Below, piece after piece: positions 12,301 through 23,600 of a stretch of 64,000 nt of DNA. The stretch lies in IMG/VR virus record IMGVR_UViG_3300020469_000013; one strand, written 5' to 3'. Made by a program: the position numbers and the translations under genes. The notes below the pieces were generated by a model. That model worked only from the letters and a program-made list of their open reading frames with translations. It was not told the origin of the DNA and searched no databases. The stretch is from an uncultured virus (IMG/VR IMGVR_UViG_3300020469_000013). Lineage: Duplodnaviria > Heunggongvirae > Uroviricota > Caudoviricetes > Kyanoviridae. Within the stretch, counting starts at the first letter, position 1. Each line of letters opens with the position of its first letter.

Positions 12301-15300
12301 ATAAAAATGATATTCCATCAATAGGACCATCAAGAACTCCTGCACATGATGTATTAGATTTTAGACCACAGGTTTCCGTATACGATCCAGCGTCTGCTAC
12401 AGTATCTCCATTCTTCTATACTTCTAGAGATTTTACTGGAAAACCAGATAGACTTTTAACACCTAATGAGTCAGTTGTATTTGACTATAATTATTATCTT
12501 CCTAGAATAGACAAATTAGTTTTACATCAAAACGGTGAGTTCTTATTGTTGAGAGGTACACCTTCTAGACAACCATTACCCCCAGAATCACAAGATAAAT
12601 GTATTGAAATTGCTACGCTTCTTCTTCCTGCATATCTTAAGAATATAGAAGATGCAAGAGTATTTTTAAAACAGAATCGTAGATATACTATGAAAGATAT
12701 CGGCAAAATTGCTGATAGGGTTAAGAATTTAGAAGAGATAACTACATTGAATCTTTTGGAAAAGAGTGCAGAAGCTCTCCAAATTAGAGATGCTCAAGGT
12801 TTTGATAGATTCAAATCAGGATTTTTTGTAGATTCATTTAGTAGTTACGATTTCATGTCAGCAAGTTCTCCTGCTGAGATTGATGTAGATCTCAAAGAAC
12901 TTAGACCAATGAGAGAATTTGAGTCTGTTAACTTACAAGTTGCTCCTAAGACAGATGTATCAGTGCAGCAATTAGATTACAGTACTGATTTTGATTTACT
13001 TGATGACACAAATACACAAAAAACTGGTAATCTTCTTACTCTAAAATATGAGGATGAAGTTTATATTGAGCAGAATTTTGCTACTAAAACAAACAACATC
13101 AACCCATTCCATGTTGTTGCATACACTGGAGAAGTTCGTTTAACTCCATCTGTTGATAATTGGATCAATACTAGAAGAACACAAAATGTTATCAGAAATA
13201 CTATTGGTATTACTGTCTTTAACAACCAAGTTGCTGCTAACTTTACAGTAACTCGTGAAGGTAATGGTGGTGGATCTGCAACGGTAACAACTGCTGAAGT
13301 TGGTAGAACTGTACAAAGAGATGATATTCGTTCTGAAAATACATTTATTGCAGAAGAAAATTTTGATCCATTCTGTCGTTCTAGAAATGTAGAGTTTTCT
13401 GCAGTAGGTCTTAAAGCACTTACTAATTTCTATCCATTCTTTGACAACATTGGCGGTATAGATGTTATACCTAAACTTTTAGAAGTATTTAATGTTACAG
13501 GATCATTCCAGATTGGAGAAACGATTAGAGGAACTATTGGTGCAACTGCCTTTGAATTTAGACTAGCTGCTCCAAATCATAAGAAAGGACCATTCTCTAA
13601 TCCTACAGAAACATATGACATTAATCCATATGACCCAAGTTCTACATTACCAAATGGATATTCACAAGCATCAACAGTTTTAAATATTGATACTGTTGGA
13701 CTCTGTGAGCAAGCACAAGGAGCGTTCTTTGGATTTGCACCAACTAATATGGTTCTTAGAGGATTGACCAGTGGTGCTCAAGCAAGTGTAGCAAGAGTAA
13801 GATTAGTTTCTGATAACTTTGGTGATTTAATTGGTGCAATGTGGATTAGAGATCCCAATGCAACTCCTATACCTCAGGTAAGAATTAGATCTGGTAACAG
13901 AGACTTTAAATTAACTTCCAGTGAAACAAATGCCACTCCTTTACCAGGCAGCACATTAATTTCTAGTGGTATTGGTAGATTCTTAGCAACTGGTACTACA
14001 CGACTTGTTCAGACTGATGTTAGAATTACAACTCTAGAAACTACCACAGTAACTAATCTATCGACGATTGATATACAAAGATCCGACCCCTTACCCCCAC
14101 CACCTCCACCTCCACCACCCCCTGTTATTATCAATAACACTAGAGTTATTGACAGAACTAGAACTGTTGTTAATAACATAACAAGGGTTATTCAGCGTAC
14201 TAATACAATTATTCGTGAGAGAGATAGAGACCCTCTTGCACAATCTATTATCACTGGACCTGAAGGTGCATGGATTACTAAACTTGATGTTTTCTTTTCC
14301 CAAGTTACTTCTGGTACAACTCCAGTAAATATTCAGATTAGAACAGTTGAGTTAGGTTTACCTACACTTAATATTATTCATAGAAATGCAATGGTAACAT
14401 TGCGTCCATCTGACATAACAACATCTACTGATGGTAGTGTAGCAACAACTATTGTTTTCCCATCGCCTGTTTACTTAGAACCTAGTTCACAATTTGCTAT
14501 TGTTCTATTATCAGATAGTGATGAGTATGAAGTATTCTGTGGTGAAATGGGTCAGAAAGCTCTGAACCAACAGACTCTTCCTTCTGCTCAAGGTAAGATT
14601 TACTCACAGCAATTTGCTATGGGTTCACTCTTTAAATCTCAGAACGGATCTACTTGGACTCCATCTCAGTTTGAAGATTTGACATTCAAACTTTATAGAG
14701 CAAAGTATACAGCAAATAGAGGATTATTAACATTCTTTAATCCACCTATTGAACCAAATAATAGTCAAGTTCCTCCTCTAAACTTCAACCCTATTACAGG
14801 TCTTCCTAAGAAAGCTAAGATTGGTATTACTACCACAACTAATGCTGGATTAATTGGAACTGTATTTACTCAGGGAAGAAAGATTAGTGAGAGTAATCAG
14901 TCTCATCGCTATGCATTTGTTGATGATCAAGGAGGACCAGTTGATGGTACTATTGGTATTCTAACTGGTGGTACAGGACATGGAACTCCTACAAACCCAG
15001 TCAGTACTTACAATATTACTGGAGATGGTTCTGGACTAACTTTAAATGTCACTGTTTCAGCTGGACTATCTGCTATCACTGCTGCTACTGTAGTAAATGA
15101 TGGTAATGGTTACAAAGTTGGTGATATTATTGGACTTGCAACTGCAGGTACAGGTAATGCTGGTTCTGGTGCTCGTGTTGCTATTAGTTCTATATCGGGA
15201 GTTGATACTCTGTATCTAACAAATGTTCAGGCACAGGAATTCGATGTAACTTCTAATGATTTAACTTATGTTCATAGCACTGGTTCAGTTATAGATTCTG

Positions 15301-16679
15301 GACTTGACATATGGCAATATGACGAGCAAGGAGGAAACTACACAGGTGAGTACCTTAAGGTAGATCATAGAAATCATGGAATGTATGGAACAGGTAATAA
15401 GGTTATCATTTCTGATGCCAAATCTGATGTTCTTCCTACAGAATTGAGTGTAGATGTTGCTTCTAATGAAACTAGTATTTCTATTGCATCAACAAGTCAG
15501 TTTGCTGAGTTTGAAGGTGCTGTAGTTAGTGCTGCTAATACTGGGTATGCTTTCATGAATAGTGAGATTATATCTTACACTAGTGTTGGTATTTCTAGTC
15601 TTGGTGGTGTAGTCAGAGGTTCTAATGGAACCAATGCTTTAAATCATATTAAAGGTGATGTTGTCACCAAGTATGAGTTAAATGGTATTTCTTTAACAAG
15701 AATTAATACAGAGCATAGTGTCGAAACTTCTCAAGTTGGTATTGATGAATATTACATCAAAATCGATAGAGGAACTAGCAGAGGCACTGATGACAATACT
15801 AACAATATTCCACAACTCTCGGTTGCTGAAGAAGCATCTGGTGGTGGTAACTCTGTTTATGCTTCTAAGAACATTCAGTATGACGCTGTAAGACCTTTAT
15901 TACAAGCAACCACCTTTGGATCTACAGATTTCCTTTCGCTCCAATTGAGGAGTATTTCGGGTACATCTGTTGATGGTGGTGAAGCATCATTTGTAGATGC
16001 TGGTTTTGAAAACATAGGACTGAATAGAATTAATCAGTTAGAATCAACAAGAATTATTGCTGCTAGAGTTAATGAATCTAATAAATTAGGTTCTATTACT
16101 AGATCTAAATCGCATACAATTACTGTTGAATTAGATAACGGTGGAGATGATTACAACTCACCTACTGTTGATCTTGAGGGTGCCTCTTCTCTATTCTATG
16201 AGAACAGACTAAATGCCCCAATAACAGATTATCTAACTGACCCTAGAGCGAAGCAAAGATTTAACGATCCACATGCTTCTTACTACATGTCTAATCCTAT
16301 CTACATTAAGAATCCTGCTACATCATTAAAAGTGATCTTCGATAGTCGTAGACCACCAACAACTGATTTCAGAGTTCTACATAGTACTCTAAGAGCAGAT
16401 TCTAGCGAAGTTACACCAGGATTTGAATTATTTCCTGGCTTCTTAAACCTCGTAGATATAGATGGAGATGGTGTTGGTGATCAAATTATTGATCCCAAGA
16501 ATAATAGCGGTCTACCAGATCTCTTTATTCCACCTGATGATACTGTTTATCGTGAATATCAGTATACAGTAGACAATCTCCCTAGTTTCACTGGATTCCA
16601 GATTAAGATAGTCTTTACAGGGACTAACCAATCTAAATATCCTGTGATTAAAAACCTAAGAGTGATCGCAGTAGCATGA
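9348..16679 (+). CDS. Large virion structural protein (VrlC/DUF4815-like)
   Basis: N-terminal NLNVSPYYDDF..VLFKPG.PVQARELSTLQSILQ, APGADR, RTYDESGNY, DRFKSGFFVD; follows gp8. Confidence 0.8.
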   Translation: MPQQTNLNVSPYYDDFDPSKGYHRVLFKPGFPVQARELSTLQSILQNQIETYGSHMFKEGALVIPGSTTFDGQYYAVQVNPTHLGTDVSVYANNVIGKRFKGQNSGVTAKVINYITATQSDRDYDTFYVKYINSSSTGDFSFFTDGEILVAEESVTYGNTTINAGGTLASTIALNACTTGSAASIDDGVYFIRGSFVKVNKQTIILDQYNQSPSFRVGLQVIETAVSAKGDESLYDNAKGFSNFAAPGADRLQIKLTLAKKTITDFDDTDFVEVLRVKEGAIYSLKRDTEYNKIRDYFAKRTYDESGNYVVNPFMVNMAECLNDRLGNDGIYYQGQTTFDGNEPDDDLACLKVTAGKAYVYGYDIDKTAPSIIDFDKPRETQKIENQSFNFEMGNKFLVNNVSGITTLTNRIELMGGPLGGSATAAGTAEKIGDAKVYGFSLRDAAYENNSTDWNLYLYDIQTYTSLKLNDNVSASELNQSGYIVGKESGAEGYAVIAGAGSSSIQVTQTSGTFRQGEKISINGDETVSRTIEKITAYGINDVYDFAQSGNSFTATKKLNQVIPTGFGNGQFNVASDGTVTSPRADSFLVWKPGDIFTYGAAANTAGAALDVPTRNVVLEVAADGQTMKVGTMTTVTDVFDGGVKAFDGIGYRGVQDVSLQNSSLISRIPDIGVSNVDFGDSTLFLSSQVTNESSNSLGQLVLPITSVNLDDVTFVAFDQERYSVAYSNGTIQSITEDQIIITGTSITLYGLNPSQSNIRVNVTVQKSNIKNKVKEFKRCQQTEITRSANKRSGTNAGTSINDGLNHSALYGVRVQDKEICLNYPDATDIVAVYESLDTNTPVLDKITFTSTDDIFTEAIIGEKIAGKVSKAIARVVSIDSGNNQINIVYLTDNKFTLLELLEFEESTAVATVQATTPGKYNDITSSYMLDKGQKNQYYDYSRIVRNSGAFVPHRKVLIIYNRYDVPSGDTGDIFTVNSYGAERYKNDIPSIGPSRTPAHDVLDFRPQVSVYDPASATVSPFFYTSRDFTGKPDRLLTPNESVVFDYNYYLPRIDKLVLHQNGEFLLLRGTPSRQPLPPESQDKCIEIATLLLPAYLKNIEDARVFLKQNRRYTMKDIGKIADRVKNLEEITTLNLLEKSAEALQIRDAQGFDRFKSGFFVDSFSSYDFMSASSPAEIDVDLKELRPMREFESVNLQVAPKTDVSVQQLDYSTDFDLLDDTNTQKTGNLLTLKYEDEVYIEQNFATKTNNINPFHVVAYTGEVRLTPSVDNWINTRRTQNVIRNTIGITVFNNQVAANFTVTREGNGGGSATVTTAEVGRTVQRDDIRSENTFIAEENFDPFCRSRNVEFSAVGLKALTNFYPFFDNIGGIDVIPKLLEVFNVTGSFQIGETIRGTIGATAFEFRLAAPNHKKGPFSNPTETYDINPYDPSSTLPNGYSQASTVLNIDTVGLCEQAQGAFFGFAPTNMVLRGLTSGAQASVARVRLVSDNFGDLIGAMWIRDPNATPIPQVRIRSGNRDFKLTSSETNATPLPGSTLISSGIGRFLATGTTRLVQTDVRITTLETTTVTNLSTIDIQRSDPLPPPPPPPPPPVIINNTRVIDRTRTVVNNITRVIQRTNTIIRERDRDPLAQSIITGPEGAWITKLDVFFSQVTSGTTPVNIQIRTVELGLPTLNIIHRNAMVTLRPSDITTSTDGSVATTIVFPSPVYLEPSSQFAIVLLSDSDEYEVFCGEMGQKALNQQTLPSAQGKIYSQQFAMGSLFKSQNGSTWTPSQFEDLTFKLYRAKYTANRGLLTFFNPPIEPNNSQVPPLNFNPITGLPKKAKIGITTTTNAGLIGTVFTQGRKISESNQSHRYAFVDDQGGPVDGTIGILTGGTGHGTPTNPVSTYNITGDGSGLTLNVTVSAGLSAITAATVVNDGNGYKVGDIIGLATAGTGNAGSGARVAISSISGVDTLYLTNVQAQEFDVTSNDLTYVHSTGSVIDSGLDIWQYDEQGGNYTGEYLKVDHRNHGMYGTGNKVIISDAKSDVLPTELSVDVASNETSISIASTSQFAEFEGAVVSAANTGYAFMNSEIISYTSVGISSLGGVVRGSNGTNALNHIKGDVVTKYELNGISLTRINTEHSVETSQVGIDEYYIKIDRGTSRGTDDNTNNIPQLSVAEEASGGGNSVYASKNIQYDAVRPLLQATTFGSTDFLSLQLRSISGTSVDGGEASFVDAGFENIGLNRINQLESTRIIAARVNESNKLGSITRSKSHTITVELDNGGDDYNSPTVDLEGASSLFYENRLNAPITDYLTDPRAKQRFNDPHASYYMSNPIYIKNPATSLKVIFDSRRPPTTDFRVLHSTLRADSSEVTPGFELFPGFLNLVDIDGDGVGDQIIDPKNNSGLPDLFIPPDDTVYREYQYTVDNLPSFTGFQIKIVFTGTNQSKYPVIKNLRVIAVA

Positions 16680-16888
16680 CCAAATCATCGTTAATCCCAG
16701 TTGAAGGACATCCTAATTTTTGTCGAGATAAAAACACAGGAGCTATCATTAATACTGATAGTTCCTCTTTCGCTGCTTACCAGCAAAGAAACTCCCAAAA
16801 AAAGATGGAAAGATTAGAGATAGATAATATGAAGAAAGACATATCTGACATAAAAGATATGTTATCAAAAATAGCAAGTAAATTATGA
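16676..16888 (+). CDS. Conserved hypothetical phage protein
   Basis: ATGA overlap with upstream gene; VEGHPN..RD..TGAIIN motif and coiled-coil C-terminus. Confidence 0.75.
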   Translation: MTKSSLIPVEGHPNFCRDKNTGAIINTDSSSFAAYQQRNSQKKMERLEIDNMKKDISDIKDMLSKIASKL

Positions 16889-17052
16889 ATGGTAGAAGTC
16901 CGCATTCTGAATTCCTGAAATACCACGGTTTCACTGAGGTTGATACCCCAACTAAACAGGAAAGTGACATGCAATCATTAAAATCTGAAATGGCAGAGAT
17001 AAAAATGACGCTACTTCAGGTGCTGCAGGAATTGAGGAAACTAAATACATAG
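16885..17052 (+). CDS. Small hypothetical protein (55 aa, MNGRSPHSEFLKYHGF...LRKLNT), not in ORF track
   Basis: ATGA overlap with previous gene, fills the gap, coiled-coil-like C-terminus. Confidence 0.6.
   Translation: MNGRSPHSEFLKYHGFTEVDTPTKQESDMQSLKSEMAEIKMTLLQVLQELRKLNT
17040..17047 (+). promoter_or_regulatory. Late promoter variant ACTAAATA
   Basis: TAAATA core 34 nt upstream of ORF 17082, same spacing as other late promoters here. Confidence 0.6.
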
Positions 17053-17081
17053 TATAGGATAATCTCGAATGTTGTTAACAG

Positions 17082-17420
17082 ATGGCCGTCTACATTGCAA
17101 ATCTTCAAATAGAAGCTGGTGTAGATTTTCAGCACGGTTTTAGCTTGGGTGATAGTGACACAGGAACATTTTTGAACCTGAATAACTACACTTGTACATC
17201 CCAAATGAGAAAGTGGGCTGGATCAACCACATCTGTTTCCTTTGCATCTACAATTACCGACCCTGATGAAGGTCAAATTCAAATTTCTTTGGGTTCGACT
17301 GAAACAGTTGAAATAAAACCTGGCCGTTATGTATATGATGTTCTTTTGAGCGACGCATCTGGTTACAAATATAAGGTCGTTGAGGGTATGATCCTAGTTA
17401 GAGTAGGAGTCACAAGGTAA
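17082..17420 (+). CDS. Small virion/fibre-associated beta protein
   Basis: NLQIEAG.DF..., SQMRK, G.I.ISL...T..IKPGRYVYDVLL..KVVEG pattern common before cyanophage fibre genes. Confidence 0.65.
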   Translation: MAVYIANLQIEAGVDFQHGFSLGDSDTGTFLNLNNYTCTSQMRKWAGSTTSVSFASTITDPDEGQIQISLGSTETVEIKPGRYVYDVLLSDASGYKYKVVEGMILVRVGVTR

Positions 17421-17422
17421 CC

Positions 17423-17635
17423 ATGCCATCTCTCAGAATAGGTACAGGCAATCAGGTAAAAGTAATCGCCAGTGGATCTCTTGGTGGAGGTTCAGGTGGA
17501 CGATTATCTTTGCTGTCTGATGTTAACTCAAGCAATCTCGAAGACGGAAGTTTGCTTGTATACGATGCTGCAACAAGCAACTTTATCACTACGAAAAGTT
17601 TCCCTGCAGCAATCATTGATGGGGGTATCTACTAG
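17423..17635 (+). CDS. Small fibre-associated hypothetical protein
   Basis: LSLLSDV...DGSLLVYD fibre-like motif, ends IDGGIY; stop overlaps GTG start of fibre gene. Confidence 0.65.
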   Translation: MPSLRIGTGNQVKVIASGSLGGGSGGRLSLLSDVNSSNLEDGSLLVYDAATSNFITTKSFPAAIIDGGIY

Positions 17636-20600
17636 TGTCAGCTACCCTACTATTAAAAAGAACTCTAGGAACTTCGCCTCCTAATATTGCACCAGTCGGT
17701 ACTGGTGTATCTTTTGGTGAACTTGTTTATACTTACGATACCAGTGATGTTGGTGCTGGTAAATCCTATAAGAAATTATATATTGGTAACCCTGCAGGTC
17801 CTACAGCAGCTCCGATTGTAATCGGTGGTGAATATTATACTAGTCTAATACCAGAAAGTCCTGCTAACTACGGTAACAGGGAAGCATCTAAAGCACTTAT
17901 CTTAGATGCTAATGCTAAGGTAAAATCTTGGTCTGTAATAACTGATTTCCATAACGCTGGAGTTGGTACTAACCAAGGAGATTTTTATGTTGGTGGTAAC
18001 TTAAATGTTACTGGAGATTTAGTATATGATGAAGTAACTGGTAGAAATATTAATATAACAGGTGTTGGTACAATTGCCACCATCTTCAATACTAAAGCAA
18101 CCATTGTTGATGGTGCGATTGATAATCTGTATACAGTATCAGGACTTGTTACTACCTTAACAGGAACAAGTGCTAACTATGTTCAGGTCAATGTAGGACA
18201 TGCTCTTACTGCTAATAATGTAGAGATTACTGGTATAACTACGCTTACCAATAATCTTGACTTCTCTAGAAATTTAATTAAGATTGGTCGTGAGACTGCA
18301 TCTGGTATTAGTAGTGCTGATGGATCAATATTCATCGGTGACTATGCTGCCACTGGTATGGGTCAATCGACTGCTAACAGACGAAATATAGCGATTGGTG
18401 CCAGTGCATTACAAAATGCAGGTACTGGGAATAACGCTGATGAATTAGAATCTAATATTGTTGTTGGTAACTTTGCAGGTTATAGACTACAAGGTACCAA
18501 GAACTTAATGGTTGGTGATAAGGTAGGTTTTGCTTTATCATCTAGTGGTAACGATGAAAACATTGCTCTTGGTAATCAAGCAATGTATGGTGACACTTTC
18601 CCTGTTGTGGATGGTGTTACTTTAAGCATTTCAATTGGTCAGCAAACTGCTATTGCTAATCATGATGAATCTACTGATGTAACAGAAACAAGTGGATCTG
18701 GTGAAGGTTTAATAGTAAGACTTCAGACTGGTGCTACTGGTCTGGTCACAGGAATTGATGTAATATCTCCAGGTGACGGATATGTTTTAAATGACACATT
18801 TACTATACCATTTGGATTCCAAACTCTTACTGGTACTGTAAGTAGTATCAATGGTCGTTTCCTAAGTGGTGGTACTGGTGCAAGGCAACAAAGCAAAAAC
18901 ATTGCCATAGGTCCATATTCATTATTCAGTGTAGATGGTAGTAGAAATATTGCGATTGGTTATTCTGCTGGTGATGTAACAACTGGTAGTGGTAATGTCA
19001 TAATTGGATATGAAAGAGATGTTGCAATTGCTAAGAGTGATAATCAACTTACTATCGGTAGTTCACTTGGAAACTGGATTGATGGAAATCAATTAGGTTA
19101 TGTTGGAATAGGAACTACTCGACCATTCGGATTGCTCGATGTCGGTGGTGTATTGATTGTCGATAAGGGTACTGGTAATACAGTTATTTCTGGTGTTACA
19201 ACTGTACCAACTCTTGATGTAGATAATCTTGGTATAGAAGACATCAAAGTAACTGCTGGTTTAGCAACTGATTTTGCAATTACAAATGCTAAGATTCAGT
19301 CTGGTATTATCACAGATACTGTTGGTACTGCTGCAACGATTACTAATGTAGATTTTGTAAATGCAGATATTTTAGCAGCTAAGATAACAGCAGGTATCGT
19401 AACGGATCTTGTTGGTACTGGTGCTACAATAGCGATACTTGATACTGAGACTGCTGATCTTTCTGATGTAAAAATAACTTCTGGTGTTATCACATCTATA
19501 GTTGGTACATATGCAACTATCACTACATTCGATGCTGATGATGCAGATATTAATGTACTAAAGACTGTAACTGGTGTTGTAACATCGATTACTGGTTTTG
19601 GTGTAACTTATAATACAGCAGACTTTGAGTTTGTTGATGCTTCTGATATCAAGATTACAACTGGTTTAGTAACATCTTTAGTTGGTACATATGTAACCTT
19701 CCAAGATGCTGACTTCCAAGACGATGTTCGTGTTGGTGGTGCTCTTACTGTTGTTGGCGATCTTACAGTTCAGGGTAATACAAGTTTTGTTCAGAGTTCT
19801 GTAATTCAAGTTACTGATAAGAATATTGAACTTGGTTTTAGTTCCACTGGCAACCATGCAGATGCGACTGCCGATAATGGGGGTATTATTCTTAAGGGTA
19901 CTACCGACAAAACTATTCAATACAATACATCAAGAGAGGCATGGGAGTCTAATCTTAAGTGGAATCCTACTGTTGATGATACTCTTGATATAGGTGAACC
20001 TACTGTACAGTGGAGAGATATTTACATTGATGGCACTGCACATTTAGATGCTGCAGACATTTTAGATGCTAAGATCACTGCTGGTGTTGTAACTGATCTT
20101 GTTGGTACTCATGCAACTATTACTGTTGCTGATTTTGAACAAGCAGATATAGTTACTGCTACGATTCAATCTGGTATTGTAACCGATATTAATGTTTCTG
20201 CTGCTGCTACGATATTAACTTCTGATCTCTTTAATGCGGATATTAGAAATGCTAAGATTACTTCTGGTATTATCACATCATTGGTTGGTACTTATGGTAC
20301 AATCACTACTCTTGATGTAGAGACATTAGATGCTCAGAATATAAGCATTACTGGAGTTGCTGTAACTGACATTGTTGGTACTGCAGCGACTATAACAACT
20401 ATCGATGCACAGAATCTTGATGCAGTTAATGCCAAGATTACTGTTGGTATCATTACTGACATTGTTGGTACTGCTGCTACAATCGCAACGATTGATGCAA
20501 CTGAAGGAGATATAGTAAATGCTAAGATTACTGCTGGTGTTGTCACATCATTGGTTGGTACTTATGCAACCATTACAGTCTTTGACACAGAGACTCTTGA

Positions 20601-23600
20601 TGCTAAGAATACAAATATTACTGGATTAGCAGTTACCGATATTGTTGGTACTGCTGCTACAATTACAATAATAGATGCCACAGAAGGTGACATTGTAAAT
20701 GCTAAGATAACAGCAGGTGTTGTAACATCAATAGTTGGTACTTATGCAACCATTACAGTCTTTGACACAGAGACTGCTGATCTTAAAGATGTCAAGATTA
20801 CCTCTGGTATTATCACAGACATTGTTGGTACTGCTGCTACAATCACTACGATTGATGCTGCTAACTTTGATGCAGTTAATGCAAAAATAAATGCTGGTTA
20901 TGTAACTTCACTATATGATTCCACAGGAGTTGTTGGTATCAATACTCAGCACATTCTGAGCACCAATCCTGATGGAACTATCACTTGGCGTGAACCTGCA
21001 CAGATTGGTATTGCTACTGTCAATCCTGGTGCTGATGTATGGTTTGTTGACACACATGGTGTTGATGATAACGAACCTTCTCGTGGTCGTACAGATGATA
21101 GACCATTCAAATCTATCAAGTATGCTCTATCAAGAATTTCTAATAAGTATCCACATACTTACAATGGAGGTACTGCTACTGATGCAGTTAATGTTCAGAG
21201 TGGTGCTGAGTCTGGTAATCAAAAGTCTCCCAACGGAGCAACTTATAACGAGCATACTGGAGAATTAATATTATCATTTGGTAGTGCTCATGGATTATCA
21301 ACTGCTGATACTATCACTCTTGATAACAATTCAATATCATTTACATGTACAAAGGATAATAATGCAACTTCGCATACTTACCCTCGTGTAGGTGATCCTA
21401 TTGCAGGAGTAACAACTGCTGTTACTGTAATAAATTCCACATCATTTAGTTTAAATGTAGGTGTTTCTCCATTAGTTACAGGAGAAAATGAGACATTGAA
21501 TATTGGTGGTGGTGTCTATGAAGAAACATTCCCATTATATGTTCCTGCAGGTGTTACAGTTAAAGGTAACGGTCTTCGTGCTACTAAGGTTGTACCGACA
21601 ACTGCTACTAAACAAAAAGACGCATTCTTATTGAATGATAGATCAGTCGTTGAAGACATGACTATCGCTGATATGTTCTTCAATACAGCAACTAATGAAG
21701 GATTTGCGTTCAAGTATGAACCTGGTATTGCTATTACATCAAGATCACCATATGTACAGCGTGTAACGGTATTAAACAAAGGTAGTAATGTAACTGCAAC
21801 TGACCCATATGGTTATGCATCTGCTGATTCACCACCTTCATCATATATCTCTGGTGGTGGTGCGTTTATTGATGGATCTGAAGTACAGTCAGGATCTCTA
21901 GAAGCAGCAATGTTGTTCAATGAATGTACATTCATTGTTCCTAACAGTCAAGGTGTTGTAATGACCAACGGTGCTCGTGTTGAGTATCTAAACGCATTTA
22001 CATATTTCTCATCCGAAGCGATTAAGGGTATATCTGGAACTGCTGGTATTTCATCTACTGGTCAGACTAGATTGAGATTGTCGGGCATCACAACAGTTGG
22101 TGTTGGTAATACAATCACCGTCTTTGACACTGATGGATCTACTGGATTAGGTACTGCTGTTGTTGCATCTTATGATGGAACTTACTTAGGCGTAACTGGC
22201 AAGCAAACTGGATTTGAAGTTCTTAATGCTAGGACTGCTAAGTCGATAACATTTAATGATGGTGCTCAGTTAGATACTACTGTTAAGAAATTTGGTAGTG
22301 CTGCACTTAAGTTAGATGGTAGTAATGATTCTATTAGTGTTCCTTCTAGTGGAGATATTGGATTTGGAACTAACACAGACTTCACAATTGAATTCTGGGC
22401 ATACTCAAATACAACTGGACTCTCTAGTGCAACTCTCTTTGACTTAAGAGATAATGGATCTGATACTAACGGTCTAAGTCTTGCATATCGTGCTGCTGGT
22501 GAAGTTGATCTAAGAGTTGGTACAACTACTGCTATCACTGGATCTGGTGCTGGTATTGCTACTGGAGTTTGGAAACACTATGCAGTTGCAAGAGGTGGTA
22601 CAAACACAAGACTATTTGTTGATGGTACACAGAGAGGTATCAAGACTTCTGATACTACCGATTACGGTGCATCTAAGGGTATTGTATTTGGTGCTGATTT
22701 TGATGGAGCAAGCAATAATGTAACAGGTTGGATTGATGAAGTAAGAATCGAAAGAGGTGTTGCTAAGTATACAGCAAACTTTACTGCTCCTACTACTGCA
22801 CCAACAGGAGATAAGGACACAGTTCTACTTCTTCACTTTGATGGTTCTACTGGTATTAAAACTACAACTGATGATGTAATTCGTAATCAGGACATCAGAA
22901 TTACTCAACCTAATAGTGGAGTAGGAACTGCAACAAAGGTCATCCTTGCTGATTACAGTCAGTTTGGTGCTGACATGCGTTCAGTTGGTTGTGCTGTTGA
23001 GTATGGACAGAAAGGTGTAGTTGCTGATGGTGACGGTGTTTCACTAAGAATGTTCGCACTCAACTTCAACCATGTTGGTGCTGGTGGTGATATTACTAAC
23101 GATCCTAACTTAGCGATACAAGCAAACGAAGTTACTGAAGTTAATGGCGGTGATGTTTCTTATGTAAGTATTGACCAAAAAGGAGACTTCAGAGTTGGTG
23201 AAGCGTTCTATGTTGACCAAGAAAATGGTACAGTATCATTCTCACAACAAGTAACCAGTCTTCAGGCACTATCTTCACTAGTCATAACTGATGGCACTGA
23301 TAGTAGTACAGTAACACCTACAAGTGGTACATTTGGTAATATCCAGATAGCTGGAAATAACATTGAATCAACTTCAGGAGATATTAACATTGATCCTGCT
23401 GGTTCAGGAGACATCAACATTACTGGTGATGTCAATGTCTTAGGTATCTTAACTGCTACAACTATTCAGTTGGATGCATTCCAAAAAGGTGATACATCTG
23501 TTGCTCTTTCCGACAGTGGTAGTGATGGAACAATCCGTCTTTCTACAGACAATGTAGAAGCAATGCGTGTTGATGCTAATCAGAAGATTGGTATTGGTAC

